Notes: a model not told the origin generated them from the sequence alone. A stretch of DNA of 64,000 nt from an uncultured Acidobacteriota bacterium (GCA_963700145.1 OY969474.1:1568001-1632000), one strand, 5' to 3'. Shown: positions 1 through 9,280, counted from the first letter of the stretch. Program-made: numbers and translations.

Positions 1-21
1 CACTCGAAAGAGGGAGACGGA

Positions 22-636
22 CTAGCGGCCGCTTTTCGCGGCCGCCGGCTGCTGCCGGTCGGCCTCGATGGCGATGTTGACCTTGACGTCCTCGCCGAGC
101 ACGGTGCCGCCGGCGTCGAGGACGCGGTTCCAGATCACGCCGTACTCCTTGCGGTTGACGGTGAAGCTGGTCTCGAAGCCGGCCTTCTCGCCGCGCGGAT
201 GGGCGATCGTGCCGAGAATCTCGACCGGGATCGTCACCCGCTTGGTGACGCCGTGGATCGTCAGGTCGCCGGTCACCTCCAGCGTGTCGGCGTCCTGCGC
301 CTTGACGCTGGTGCTCGCGAAGCTGAGGGTCGGGAACTTCTGCGCGTCGAAGAAGTCGGGCGACTTGAGGTGGGTGTCGCGGTCGTCGTTGTCGGTGTCG
401 ATCGACGCCGACTGCACGGTGAACTCGACGCTGGAGTTGGCCGGCGCCTGCTTGTCGTACTTGATGGTGCCGTCGAAGTCGCGGAAGCGGCCGGGGACGT
501 TGCTGACGAAGTGGCGGACGCTGAAGCTGACGGCGCTGTGGTCGGGGTCCACCTTGTAGACGGCGGGCTCGGCGGCGGCCAGCGCGGGCAGCGCGAGGGT
601 CAGGACGAGGGCGGAGATCAGGGTCTTCCTGGACAC
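22..636 (-). CDS. YceI family (polyisoprenoid-binding) periplasmic protein
   Basis: GTG start after AAGGGAG RBS; signal peptide; YKVDPDHSAVSFSVRH, SIDT..RDTHLKSPDFFD, GDLTIHGVTK, NRKEYG motifs typical of YceI. Confidence 0.93.
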   Translation of the reverse strand: MSRKTLISALVLTLALPALAAAEPAVYKVDPDHSAVSFSVRHFVSNVPGRFRDFDGTIKYDKQAPANSSVEFTVQSASIDTDNDDRDTHLKSPDFFDAQKFPTLSFASTSVKAQDADTLEVTGDLTIHGVTKRVTIPVEILGTIAHPRGEKAGFETSFTVNRKEYGVIWNRVLDAGGTVLGEDVKVNIAIEADRQQPAAAKSGR

Positions 637-674
637 GTGTTCACTCCCTTTCGGAAATTGAGTGCGTAGGTTAC

Positions 675-1709
675 CTAAGGACAGGCCGCGAAGGCCAGGG
701 TGTCGGTGACCGCCGGGGCCGGGCGCCCCGCCGGGTTGTCGTAGCGCGCGATGGCGCCGGTCAGCGTGTCGGTGACGACCAGGGTGTGCTCGACGGTGGT
801 GGTCGCGGCGGCGAAGACCCAGACGTGGCCGTTCACCGCGCAGCCGTCGAGGACCTTCACCAGCAGCTCCCAGTTCTGCGGCCCGAAGAACCAGAAGAGG
901 CCGGAGTCGGCGGCGGCGCCGGGGACGACGTGCCCCTGCCCCGCCTTGCCGTCGAAGTCGCGCCAGGCGACCTCCACGGCGTAGCGCCCGCCGTTGAGGC
1001 AGAGGCGCGTGTCGCTCGGGACGCAGCCGGCGGCCGCCGGGTAGTGCTGGGCGGCCAGGAAGCGGAAGCCGTCGTCCAGGGAGGCGTCGGGCCAGGAGCC
1101 GTGACCGTAGCCGGCCTGCACGTCGGACTCCCAGGGCACGCCGAGACGCTGCCACTGCGCGACCAGCGCGGCGTAGGAGCCGGCGTAGTTCGGGTCCTGG
1201 GTGCCGTAGTACATGCGGATCGGAGCGCTGTAGGCGGAGTCGGCGACGGCGCCAACCGGGTAGTAGGGCGCCGCCAGGCTGAACACGCCGCTGTACCGGG
1301 AGACGGTCGAGTAGGCGAGGAGGTAGGCGTAGGCGCCGCCGGCGGAGTGGCCGGCGACGGCGATCCGCCGCGGGTCGATCGAAAGGTCCTCGCCGGCGAG
1401 GCGGAGGCTCTCGGCGACGGTCGTCGCGTCGGCGGCGGTCCCCCAGCCGAGCGTCTCGGACTTGGGGAGGACGGCGACGCTCCCCGCGGCCTCGGCGGCA
1501 TTGGCGACGTAGACGCGATAGGGCTGCGGGCTGCTGCCCGCGCCGTGGAAGAAGAGGACGAGGGGCGCCGGAGCGGACTGGTCCAGGCTCGCCGGCACGT
1601 AACGGTCGGCGGAGGAGCCGGTGGCCGCGACGTCGATGCGCTGCCAGCCGGGGGCGACCGGCGGGTGCGGCACGGCCAGGGACGAGACGACCGCCAGGAG
1701 CCCGAGCAT
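675..1709 (-). CDS. Secreted alpha/beta hydrolase (esterase/phospholipase-like) with Cys-bracketed C-terminal domain
   Basis: FHGAG oxyanion motif, GHSAG nucleophile elbow, GYGH; C-terminal LCLNGGRY...DSGLFWFF...ELLVKVLDGC...WVF domain; start chosen at MLGLLAVV. Confidence 0.8.
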   Translation of the reverse strand: MLGLLAVVSSLAVPHPPVAPGWQRIDVAATGSSADRYVPASLDQSAPAPLVLFFHGAGSSPQPYRVYVANAAEAAGSVAVLPKSETLGWGTAADATTVAESLRLAGEDLSIDPRRIAVAGHSAGGAYAYLLAYSTVSRYSGVFSLAAPYYPVGAVADSAYSAPIRMYYGTQDPNYAGSYAALVAQWQRLGVPWESDVQAGYGHGSWPDASLDDGFRFLAAQHYPAAAGCVPSDTRLCLNGGRYAVEVAWRDFDGKAGQGHVVPGAAADSGLFWFFGPQNWELLVKVLDGCAVNGHVWVFAAATTTVEHTLVVTDTLTGAIARYDNPAGRPAPAVTDTLAFAACP

Positions 1710-1767
1710 CTCCCCCCTAAAGCCGCCGCCGGGCGGCAGAATTCCGGTGCTACAGTGCCGCGCCGCC

Positions 1768-2460
1768 ATGCCGCTCGCGCCGCCGGACTGGATCGCCCTC
1801 GCCGGCGGGCGGTCCTGGATGGGCGGCGGGCCGCGGGCGGAGGAGAACCCGCGCCACGAGGTGCTGCTCCCCCCCTTCCGCCTGGCGCGCGCGCCGGTCG
1901 TGCGCGCCGACTACCAGCTCTTCCTCGACGCCACCGGCCATGCGGCCCCCCCGTTCTGGGGCGAGGCGGCGTTCGCCCATCCGCGGATGCCGGCGGTGGG
2001 GCCCTCCTGGGACGACGCCGCCGCCTTCTGCGCCTGGGCCGGCGAGCGCTGGGGGGAGCCGGTCCGGCTGCCGAGCGAGGCCGAGTGGGAGCACGCGGCG
2101 AAGGCCGGCCGCGAGGCGCTCTACCCCTGGGGGGACGCGCCGCCCGAGGCGCTGCCCGACTACTCGCGGCGCTGGCTCGAAGGGCCGGAGCCGGTGGACG
2201 CCTACCCCTCCCTCCACCCCCTCGGCTTCCTCGGCCTCGGCGAGAACGTCCACGAGTGGTGCGACGACTGGTACGACGCCGCCTACTACGCCGTCTCGGC
2301 GCTCGAGGACCCGCGCGGCCCGGCGAGCGGCCGGCGCCGCGCCTCCCGCGGCGGCGCCTGGCGGCACGCGGTCAAGGTGAGCCGCTGCGCCGCCCGCTCC
2401 TCCATCCCGCCGGCGGCGCGCTACAGCGACTACGGCTTCCGCCTGGCGGCCTCGGCCTAG
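1768..2460 (+). CDS. SUMF1/EgtB/PvdO (FGE-sulfatase) domain protein
   Basis: ENPRHEV, SWDDAAAFCAW, RLPSEAEWEHAA, YPWG, NVHEWCDDWY, RGGAW, YGFRL; extended -10 TGCTACAGT just upstream. Confidence 0.88.
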   Translation: MPLAPPDWIALAGGRSWMGGGPRAEENPRHEVLLPPFRLARAPVVRADYQLFLDATGHAAPPFWGEAAFAHPRMPAVGPSWDDAAAFCAWAGERWGEPVRLPSEAEWEHAAKAGREALYPWGDAPPEALPDYSRRWLEGPEPVDAYPSLHPLGFLGLGENVHEWCDDWYDAAYYAVSALEDPRGPASGRRRASRGGAWRHAVKVSRCAARSSIPPAARYSDYGFRLAASA

Positions 2461-2461
2461 A

Positions 2462-2926
2462 ATGCGCCTCGTGGACGACGCGCTCCAGCCCTGCCCGTTC
2501 TGCGGCTCCCGCGACCTCGAGGTGCAGCCCGACGGCCGCGTCCACTGCCGCGCCTGCGACGCCTGGGGGCCGACGGCGAAGTCCGCCGAGGGGCCGGGAT
2601 GGGTGCGGGGCTCGGACCCCGCGGCGCAACCCGACGCTCGCCCGGAGGCTCACCCGGGCTCGCTGCTCCTCCTCGGCTTCACCCTCCTGGCCCTCGTCCT
2701 GCTCTTCACGCAGATCGGCGAGCTCGCCCGCTGGCGCTACCTCGGCGCGGCGGGCGCGGCCGCCGTCCTGCTCCTCCTCTCCATTCTCAGCGGCGCCGCG
2801 CAGCTCGCGCTCGCGCACCTGCCGGACCGGCTCCCCCGCCGCTGGCAAGGGCTGCCCTTCCTCCTCCAAGCCGGCCTCGCGGCCGCGGCCGCGCTGCCGA
2901 TGGCCCTGGCGTTCCTACTGGACTGA
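2462..2926 (+). CDS. Zn-ribbon (Lar-like CPFCGS..CRAC) membrane protein
   Basis: LQPCPFCGS and HCRAC followed by three hydrophobic segments; abuts previous gene. Confidence 0.55.
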   Translation: MRLVDDALQPCPFCGSRDLEVQPDGRVHCRACDAWGPTAKSAEGPGWVRGSDPAAQPDARPEAHPGSLLLLGFTLLALVLLFTQIGELARWRYLGAAGAAAVLLLLSILSGAAQLALAHLPDRLPRRWQGLPFLLQAGLAAAAALPMALAFLLD

Positions 2927-4438
2927 GAGCGCGAGCTCGCGCGGCTTGACGTCGTCGAGGAGCGCCTCGCGGCGCAGGCGGCCGCCGGCGTCGTACTTGC
3001 CCTTCTCGCGCCGCTCGAGGAACTCGATGTAGCGGCGGATGCCGGCGTCCTTGTCGCGGTGGGTGTAGCGCAGGAGCCCTTGCGTGATGCGGTAGGCGCG
3101 GGGCGCGCGGCTCCCCTCGGGGACGCCGTGGACGGCGCGGAAGGTGTCGAGCAGCTCGCGCTGCAGCACGCTCGGCGGCACCGCCTCGGGGTAGAAGACC
3201 AGGTAGTCGCCGGCGAAGTAGTCCCAGTCGTAGTGGACGAACTTCTCGTCGCCGTAGAGCTGGTGCTGGCCGCGCAGCTTCTGCTGGAAGGGGTACTCCA
3301 TAAGCGGCTGGATGACCACCCGCTGGAGCCGCCGGTGGTAGCGCCGCCAGAAGTCGCGGATCAGGGCCAGCTCCCCGAGCGGGTCGGCGACGTCGCCGAC
3401 CACGAAGCTGGCCACGATCTTGGTCTTGACGCCGTAGGTCTCCAGCCGCTCCATCGCGGCGTGGATCCCCTCGACCGTCGTCCCCTTGTCGAAGCCGTCG
3501 AGGCTCGCCTGCGACAGCGACTCGACGCCGAAGAAGACGTTGGCGATCCCCGCCTCGTCGAAGAGCCGCCAGAGCTCCTCGTCCTTGGTCGAGTCGACGC
3601 GGGTGAAGGCGCTGATCTTGCGGATCCCCGGCTTGGCGCGCGCCATCTGCCGCAGCAGCTCCTTGGTCTCGCCGCGGCGGATCGCCAGGTCGTTGTCGTG
3701 GAACATGCCGTAGGGGAAGCCGGTCATGCCGTGGAAGCTGGCCAGGTCCACCAGCACGCTCCCCGCCGGCCGCGTGCGGTAACTCTGCCCGAGCTGGCGC
3801 ATGCCGAGGCAGAAGTTGCAGGAGTAGGGGCAGCCGCGCGAGAACTGGACGACCGGGAACGGGAAGCGGAGCCGGCCGGTGCGCAGGAAGTTGCCGAGGA
3901 CGCCGGGGTAGTGGTGGATGAGCGGCGGCTCGAGCGGGAAGTCGATCTGCTGCAGGGCCGCCCGGCGCGGCGTGTAGACGATCCCGCCGTCCTCGCCGCG
4001 GAAGGTGAGGCCGTCGATGCCGCGCGGCTGGGGCGTGCCGCCGGCGTCCAGGTGCCGCAGGAGGTCGAGGACGATCTCCTCCCCCTCGTTCATCACCACG
4101 TAGTCGCAGTGGTCGAGGCAGTCCTCCGGCTCGCAGGTCGGGTGCGGGCCGCCGAAGACCACCACCGGCGGCCCGCCCGGCCGCCGCCGCACCCGGTCGG
4201 CGAGGCGGTAGCCGATCTTCGCCGTGTGCACCATCGTCGAGACCAGCAGGTAGTCGCAGTCGGCGAGCCAGCGCTCGTCGAGCCTGGTGCTGGCGAACAT
4301 CGGGAAGTACTTGACCGCGTAGCCGTGGCGGTGGAGGTGCGAGGCGATCGAGAGACCGCCGTAGCCGAAGAGCAAGAAGAGAGAGGCGAGGCTGTCGGCG
4401 CGAGGGTGGCCCGCCTCGACCACCGCGATCTTCTTCAC
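2915..4438 (-). CDS. B12-binding domain radical SAM protein
   Basis: GTG start (VKKIAVVEAG); VVFGGPHPT and DYVVMNEGE cobalamin-binding-domain motifs; SRGCPYSCNFC CxxxCxxC; FGVES. Confidence 0.9.
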   Translation of the reverse strand: MKKIAVVEAGHPRADSLASLFLLFGYGGLSIASHLHRHGYAVKYFPMFASTRLDERWLADCDYLLVSTMVHTAKIGYRLADRVRRRPGGPPVVVFGGPHPTCEPEDCLDHCDYVVMNEGEEIVLDLLRHLDAGGTPQPRGIDGLTFRGEDGGIVYTPRRAALQQIDFPLEPPLIHHYPGVLGNFLRTGRLRFPFPVVQFSRGCPYSCNFCLGMRQLGQSYRTRPAGSVLVDLASFHGMTGFPYGMFHDNDLAIRRGETKELLRQMARAKPGIRKISAFTRVDSTKDEELWRLFDEAGIANVFFGVESLSQASLDGFDKGTTVEGIHAAMERLETYGVKTKIVASFVVGDVADPLGELALIRDFWRRYHRRLQRVVIQPLMEYPFQQKLRGQHQLYGDEKFVHYDWDYFAGDYLVFYPEAVPPSVLQRELLDTFRAVHGVPEGSRAPRAYRITQGLLRYTHRDKDAGIRRYIEFLERREKGKYDAGGRLRREALLDDVKPRELALSVQ

Positions 4439-4455
4439 GTCACGCAACCCTCGGG

Positions 4456-5673
4456 CTACACCAGCTCGCGCACGAAGTTCCGCGCGCGCCGCAACGTTCC
4501 CGGCCGCCGCCCCGGCCCCTCGCCGCGCTGCGCCACCAGGTGGTAGGCCTGCAGGCGGTCGACGTGAAAGGCGTGGCAGCCGCCCCAGAGGTAGACGCGG
4601 AAAGCGCGGTAGGTCTGCTCCCCCCAGCGCGCCACGATCTCCTCGCGCGCGGCGTCGAAGCGCTCCGCCCAGCCGCGCATGGTCAGCTCGTAGTCGCGGC
4701 TCTCGTTGGCCACCTCCATCACCTTGAAGCCGTGCCAGAGCAGCTCCTGCACGATGTCCTGCACCGCCAGGAAGGTGTGCGTGCCGTGCCAGATGTAGCG
4801 GCGGGTGAAGGCGCTCATCTCGTACTTCTCGTGCGACGCCGAGGCGTCCATGTAGAGCCGCCCGCCCGGGGGCAGGCACTCCCAGGCGCGGGCGCAGAAG
4901 CGACGGTAGGTCGGGATGTGCTCGATGACGCCGTAGATGACGACCGCGTCGTAGGGGCGCTCCGGCCGGTGCTCGAGGAAGTCGCCGCGCAGGACCTCGC
5001 CCGGCAGCCCCTCCTCGCGGTAGAGCCGGGTGAGCCAGGCGTGGGAGTCGGCGGCCAGGGTGAGCGACGTCACCTCGACGCCGCGCGCCCCGCAGTAGCG
5101 GGCGACGCCCCCCCAGCCGGCGCCGATGTCGAGGAGCCGCATCCCGGGCTCGAGCCCGAGCCCGTTCCACATGCACTCCAGCTTGTGCTCGGAGGCCTCT
5201 TCCAGCGATTCGCTCTCGTCGGCGAAGAGGCCGTGCGAGTAGAAGCGCCAGCGGCGGTCGATGAAGGCGTGGTAGAAGTCGTCGCCGTAGCTGTAGTGGC
5301 TGGCGATGGCGCGGCTGTTCATGCGCGTCGCCGAGGCCAGGAAGAGGTTGCGCAGGAAGGCGAGGACGGTGAGGAGGCCGCTGCGGCCGGCGAGCGCCCG
5401 CCGCAGGTCGAGGAGGGCCAGCATGTCTCCCTCGAGGTCCAGCTCCCCCTCGACGTAGGCGCGCCCGAGGGCCATCTCGTCGAGGCCGGCGCGCAGCGGC
5501 CGGTCGGAGTGGAGGACAACGCGGAAGGCCGGCGGGCCGGCGCCGATCGCGATCTCCTCGCCGTCGGCGAAGCGCACCGCGCAGGGCACCCCCGCCCCTT
5601 CGAGGAGGCGCGCCAGCGCCTCGCCCCTGCGGCTGCGGGTCCCTGCGGTCTCGAGCGGCAGCGCGGTGGCCAT
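4456..5673 (-). CDS. Cyclopropane-fatty-acyl-phospholipid synthase family SAM methyltransferase
   Basis: LGRAYVEG, IASHY..GDDFY, LEEA..KL, LEPGMRLLDIGAGWGG, GVIEH, DYELTMRGW motifs of Cfa/CmaA family. Confidence 0.9.
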   Translation of the reverse strand: MATALPLETAGTRSRRGEALARLLEGAGVPCAVRFADGEEIAIGAGPPAFRVVLHSDRPLRAGLDEMALGRAYVEGELDLEGDMLALLDLRRALAGRSGLLTVLAFLRNLFLASATRMNSRAIASHYSYGDDFYHAFIDRRWRFYSHGLFADESESLEEASEHKLECMWNGLGLEPGMRLLDIGAGWGGVARYCGARGVEVTSLTLAADSHAWLTRLYREEGLPGEVLRGDFLEHRPERPYDAVVIYGVIEHIPTYRRFCARAWECLPPGGRLYMDASASHEKYEMSAFTRRYIWHGTHTFLAVQDIVQELLWHGFKVMEVANESRDYELTMRGWAERFDAAREEIVARWGEQTYRAFRVYLWGGCHAFHVDRLQAYHLVAQRGEGPGRRPGTLRRARNFVRELV

Positions 5674-5683
5674 GCTCTCTCCT

Positions 5684-6472
5684 CTAGGCGGTCGCTTCGG
5701 CCGGCTCCTCGAAGCCGGGCGGCAGCGGCGACGGCCGGATCGGCGTCCCCCGCAGCACCCGCACCGCGAACCAGTAGCCGGGGTCGAAGCGGCGCGGCCG
5801 GAAGGTCGGGCTCGACGGGTGGCGGTGGTGGTAGTTGTGCCCCAGCGGCTCGCCCCCCATCAAGTAGGCGAGGCAGGTCAGCAGCGGCCCCGCGGCGTCG
5901 GTGCCGAGGTTGCGGTACGGCCGCTCCCCCCAGGTGTGGCCGACCGCGTTGACGTAGCCGCTCAGCAGCATGTAGGGCACGATGCGGGCGAACCAGAAGG
6001 CCAGCCAGGCGGGCCCGGCGAGGATCGAGAGCCCGAGCTGGAGGTAGAAGTTGGCGTAGGAGACGGCCTTGCCGTCGAGCCACCGCAGCACCCGCTCGTC
6101 GCGGAAAGCGCGCAGGTAGCGCTCCTCGGCGAAGCGGCGGTGCTCCCGCGCCCAGCGGGTGACGTAGTACCAGGTGAGGAGCATGACGCTCCACACCCCC
6201 TTCTCGCACGGGGCGTGGGGGTCGTCCTCGGTGTCGGAGTTGGCGTGGTGGTGGCGGTGCGCCGCGATCCAGGTCAGCGGCGGCACGCACGCCGTCAGCC
6301 AGAGCCAGGCCGCGACCGTGCGGTTGAACCACGGCGGGTAGCGGATCGCGCCGTGGCAGAGGCCGCGGTGGAGCACCGCCGAGGTCAGGTACTGGTTGAG
6401 CTCGCAGACGACGAACCCGAGCAGCGCGCCCAGGGCCACGCCCGTCCAGGAAAAGGAGGTCCAAGCGTCCAT
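5684..6472 (-). CDS. Membrane fatty acid (acyl-CoA/acyl-lipid) desaturase
   Basis: Three His boxes HRGLCH, HRHHH (followed by SDTEDDPHAP) and HNYHH; FDPGYW; VNAVGHTWG. Confidence 0.92.
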   Translation of the reverse strand: MDAWTSFSWTGVALGALLGFVVCELNQYLTSAVLHRGLCHGAIRYPPWFNRTVAAWLWLTACVPPLTWIAAHRHHHANSDTEDDPHAPCEKGVWSVMLLTWYYVTRWAREHRRFAEERYLRAFRDERVLRWLDGKAVSYANFYLQLGLSILAGPAWLAFWFARIVPYMLLSGYVNAVGHTWGERPYRNLGTDAAGPLLTCLAYLMGGEPLGHNYHHRHPSSPTFRPRRFDPGYWFAVRVLRGTPIRPSPLPPGFEEPAEATA

Positions 6473-6568
6473 GCAGGGTCCCCCAGAAAAGGAGAGGTCC
6501 AAACTCTATACGGCCGCCGTGCGGCAAGTCCACCGCATCGGCTAGGCTGGCGCCGGGAGGAGAGCGGC

Positions 6569-7054
6569 ATGGCGCGCGCGCGACGCTACTGGCTGATGAA
6601 GGTCGAGCCCGGGACCTACGCGATCGAGGACCTGGAACGCGACGGCACCACCTCCTGGGAGGGGGTGCGGAACTTCCAGGCGCGCAACCTCCTGCGCGAC
6701 GAGATCCAGCCGGGGGACCTCGTCCTCTTCTACGCCTCGAGCGCCGATCCCTCCGGCGTCACCGGCATCGCGGAGGTGGCCCGCGGCGGCTACCCCGACC
6801 CCTTCCAGTTCCGCAAGGGGCACGACTACTTCGACCTCAAGAGCCGGCCCGAGGAGCCGACCTGGTACGCCGTCGACCTCCGCTTCGTCGAGCGCTTCCC
6901 GGCGATCGTGCCGCTCGAGCGGCTCAAGGAGACGCCGGGGCTCGAGAAGATGATGGTGACCCGCAAGGGGGCGCGGCTCTCCGTCCAGCCGGTGGCGCGC
7001 GTGGAGTTCGAGATCGTCCGCCGGCTCGGCCGCGGCCAGTCGTCCGGTCCCTAA
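6569..7054 (+). CDS. EVE domain protein
   Basis: YWLMKVEP, WEGVRNFQARN, GDLVLFY, YPDPFQF, RLSVQPV; GGAGGAG RBS. Confidence 0.95.
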   Translation: MARARRYWLMKVEPGTYAIEDLERDGTTSWEGVRNFQARNLLRDEIQPGDLVLFYASSADPSGVTGIAEVARGGYPDPFQFRKGHDYFDLKSRPEEPTWYAVDLRFVERFPAIVPLERLKETPGLEKMMVTRKGARLSVQPVARVEFEIVRRLGRGQSSGP

Positions 7055-7088
7055 AAGCGAAGGGGGCCCGGCGTCGCCGCCGGGCCCC
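7055..7088 (-). terminator. Intrinsic terminator hairpin between convergent genes
   Basis: GGGGCCCGGCG-TCGC-CGCCGGGCCCC 11-bp stem; followed by CTTCGCTTTT on the minus strand. Confidence 0.7.
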
Positions 7089-7113
7089 GCACCGCCCGCG
7101 AGAGCGGTGTGCT

Positions 7114-9120
7114 CTAGTCGAAGGTCAGCTCCCGCCGCGCCAGCTCCATCATGATCAGCGCCCGGTTCACCAGGATGTCCCGCTGCGGCTTGCTGTTGGT
7201 GTGCGCCGCATCCTGCAGCCGCAGGAAGGCACGCGACAGGCGGAACGCGGCAAAGCGGTGGAGCCGCCGCTCCTGCAGCACCTGATGGCCGTCCTGGGCG
7301 TCGAAGGAGGCGAGCTCGGCCAGCCGCTGGGCGGTCGCCCTGTCGGTCTCCTCGAGGGCCGCTTGGGCGACTCCCGACGCCGAGCGTATGTTCTCGAGCG
7401 CGTTCATCACCCGCAGGAAGGCGGCGACGTGCTCGACCTCGGTGGTCTCCAGGTGGATCGCCAGGCCTCCGGCCAGCGAGCCCGCGAAGGCGTCGCTGTT
7501 GTAGAAGTCGACCGACTCCTCGACCGTCTGTACGGCGTGGTCGTGGAAGAACGGGCCGGTGTCCACCGCCTCGATCGCCGCCTGGCTGTTGAAGCGGCGC
7601 ATGTTGCCGTCCTCCACCGGGTCGAAGTCGCCGAAGCCCAGGAACTCGCCGGTCACCGTGTCGAAGAGCGGCGTCCTGCCGAAGCCGCCGTCCGGCGGCA
7701 GGCCGCCGGGCACCAGCAGGTTGGCCGGGTGGTCGGGCAGCTTCCCGATGCCGATGTCGAAGTTGCGGTTGGTGTCGTCCGGTCCGTTGGCGCCGGCGTT
7801 GATGTGACAGAAGGTGCACTGCGACTTCTCGGAGAGGAAGAGCTGCCGCCCCTTCTCCGGGACCGCCCCCTTGAGCCGCAGGGCCTCGATGTCCGGGAAG
7901 TCCTGGCGCCCGATGGCGAGCGAAAAGGCCTCGAGAGCGTCCAGCTCGGCGTCTGTGGGGAGGCGGAAGTCGGTCCCCACCACGCGGCCGAGCGTCTTGG
8001 TCATGTGCTGGGTGATGGCGCCGATCGGGAACTCGCGCAGCGTGCCGCTGCCCGGAGCGCCGTCGCCCCCCCATCCGAGGCGCTGGTTGGGCGGCGTCGC
8101 CTGGTTGCCCGGCACCAGGTAACGCGACAGCCCCAAGAGGTGGGGCACGGCGCGCATGACGAACTTGTTGTTGATGTCCTCGAAGCCGTCGGCGTTGACC
8201 CGGATCAGGCCCAGCTCGCGCAGCAGGATCGCGTCTTCCAGCCGGTCGAGCACCGGGATGTTGCTGGAGACGAAGAGCGGGTCGTTGGCCGGCAGCTTGG
8301 CGATGAAGTCTGGGTCGATGGTGAAGTTGTTCTCGGCCACGTGGCAGGTGTCGCAGGTGCGGCCGTTGCCGGCGAACGCCTCGTTGAAGAAGAGGTTGGC
8401 TCCCTGGGCCACCAGCGGATCGAGGCTGTTGAAGATGGAGTCGGCAAAGGCGGGGCGGGGCGAGAAGAGCGCGGCCACCGCCGTCGGCAGGTGGCTCGGG
8501 CCGAGCTGCGGCTTGCGCTCGCGGCGGTAGACCCGCTGGAACAGGGTGGGTGCGCCGTTGAGCAGCAGCGCCTTGTCCGGGCTGCTGCCGGCGGGCGTGA
8601 CCGCCACCACGTCCACGTCGAACCTCTCGAACAGGCTTGGCGGCACCTGAGCGACCAGCTTTGCCCGGTCTCCGGCGCGGCGCAAGGTCCCCAGACGGTG
8701 CATGCGGTCCCCGCGCTCGGGCATGGCGCTCATGCCCGGGCCGTCCTGGTTGTCCACCAGCCAGACCTCCCAGGCACCGGGGGAGGTCAGCTTCTCCACC
8801 TCGACCCGCACGAACCCGTTCACCAGGTCGAGGCGAGCGAGGCCGGTCGCCGCGGTGTTCTCGATCGAGAAACCGTTCGACCAGCCGAGGGCGATGACTA
8901 GGTTACGGTCGCCGCCCCCCTGCTCGAAGCTCGCACGCCACGTGCGGTAGGCCGAGTTAAGGGCCTGCGCGCTGGCGAGGCGGGCCTCCGGCACCGCACC
9001 GAGCCTCCCCGGCTCGGTCGCTACCAGGAACAGGGCCAGGGGCGGCCCCAGAGCGGCAACCGCAAGCAAGATGACCAACACCCTGCTCTTCAGCTTCGAC
9101 GTTGCTCCTTTCCGCGACAT
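7114..9120 (-). CDS. Di-heme cytochrome c peroxidase/MauG superfamily protein with N-terminal extension
   Basis: N-terminal hydrophobic anchor; GANLFF...GNGRTCDTCH and GRQLF...CTFCH heme motifs; TGPFFHD; VDFYN. Confidence 0.8.
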   Translation of the reverse strand: MSRKGATSKLKSRVLVILLAVAALGPPLALFLVATEPGRLGAVPEARLASAQALNSAYRTWRASFEQGGGDRNLVIALGWSNGFSIENTAATGLARLDLVNGFVRVEVEKLTSPGAWEVWLVDNQDGPGMSAMPERGDRMHRLGTLRRAGDRAKLVAQVPPSLFERFDVDVVAVTPAGSSPDKALLLNGAPTLFQRVYRRERKPQLGPSHLPTAVAALFSPRPAFADSIFNSLDPLVAQGANLFFNEAFAGNGRTCDTCHVAENNFTIDPDFIAKLPANDPLFVSSNIPVLDRLEDAILLRELGLIRVNADGFEDINNKFVMRAVPHLLGLSRYLVPGNQATPPNQRLGWGGDGAPGSGTLREFPIGAITQHMTKTLGRVVGTDFRLPTDAELDALEAFSLAIGRQDFPDIEALRLKGAVPEKGRQLFLSEKSQCTFCHINAGANGPDDTNRNFDIGIGKLPDHPANLLVPGGLPPDGGFGRTPLFDTVTGEFLGFGDFDPVEDGNMRRFNSQAAIEAVDTGPFFHDHAVQTVEESVDFYNSDAFAGSLAGGLAIHLETTEVEHVAAFLRVMNALENIRSASGVAQAALEETDRATAQRLAELASFDAQDGHQVLQERRLHRFAAFRLSRAFLRLQDAAHTNSKPQRDILVNRALIMMELARRELTFD

Positions 9121-9280
9121 GGGATTCCCTCCAGGGTGACCCCTGGGCAGGGGAGACTGCGGGACACCCGTCCGGCCGGGCGGCGACGCAAAGTCGCCCT
9201 GAACAGGGGAGCAGCTATTGTGGAAGTGTAGTGGAAAAGTCGTTCCGGGACGCCCCCCGAAAGTCGCTGGAAGGGACGAA

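Noticed and set aside
1768-2460. True formylglycine-generating enzyme
   Set aside because: Lacks the catalytic Cys pair after RGG (reads RGGAWRH); only the fold family can be assigned
786-3032. Very long antisense or alternate-frame ORFs (e.g. 786-3032, 19257-21800, 25188-28202, 37674-40574, 41961-44582)
   Set aside because: Shadow ORFs of high-GC coding regions: Arg/Gly/Ala/Pro-rich, no motifs, overlapping well-supported genes
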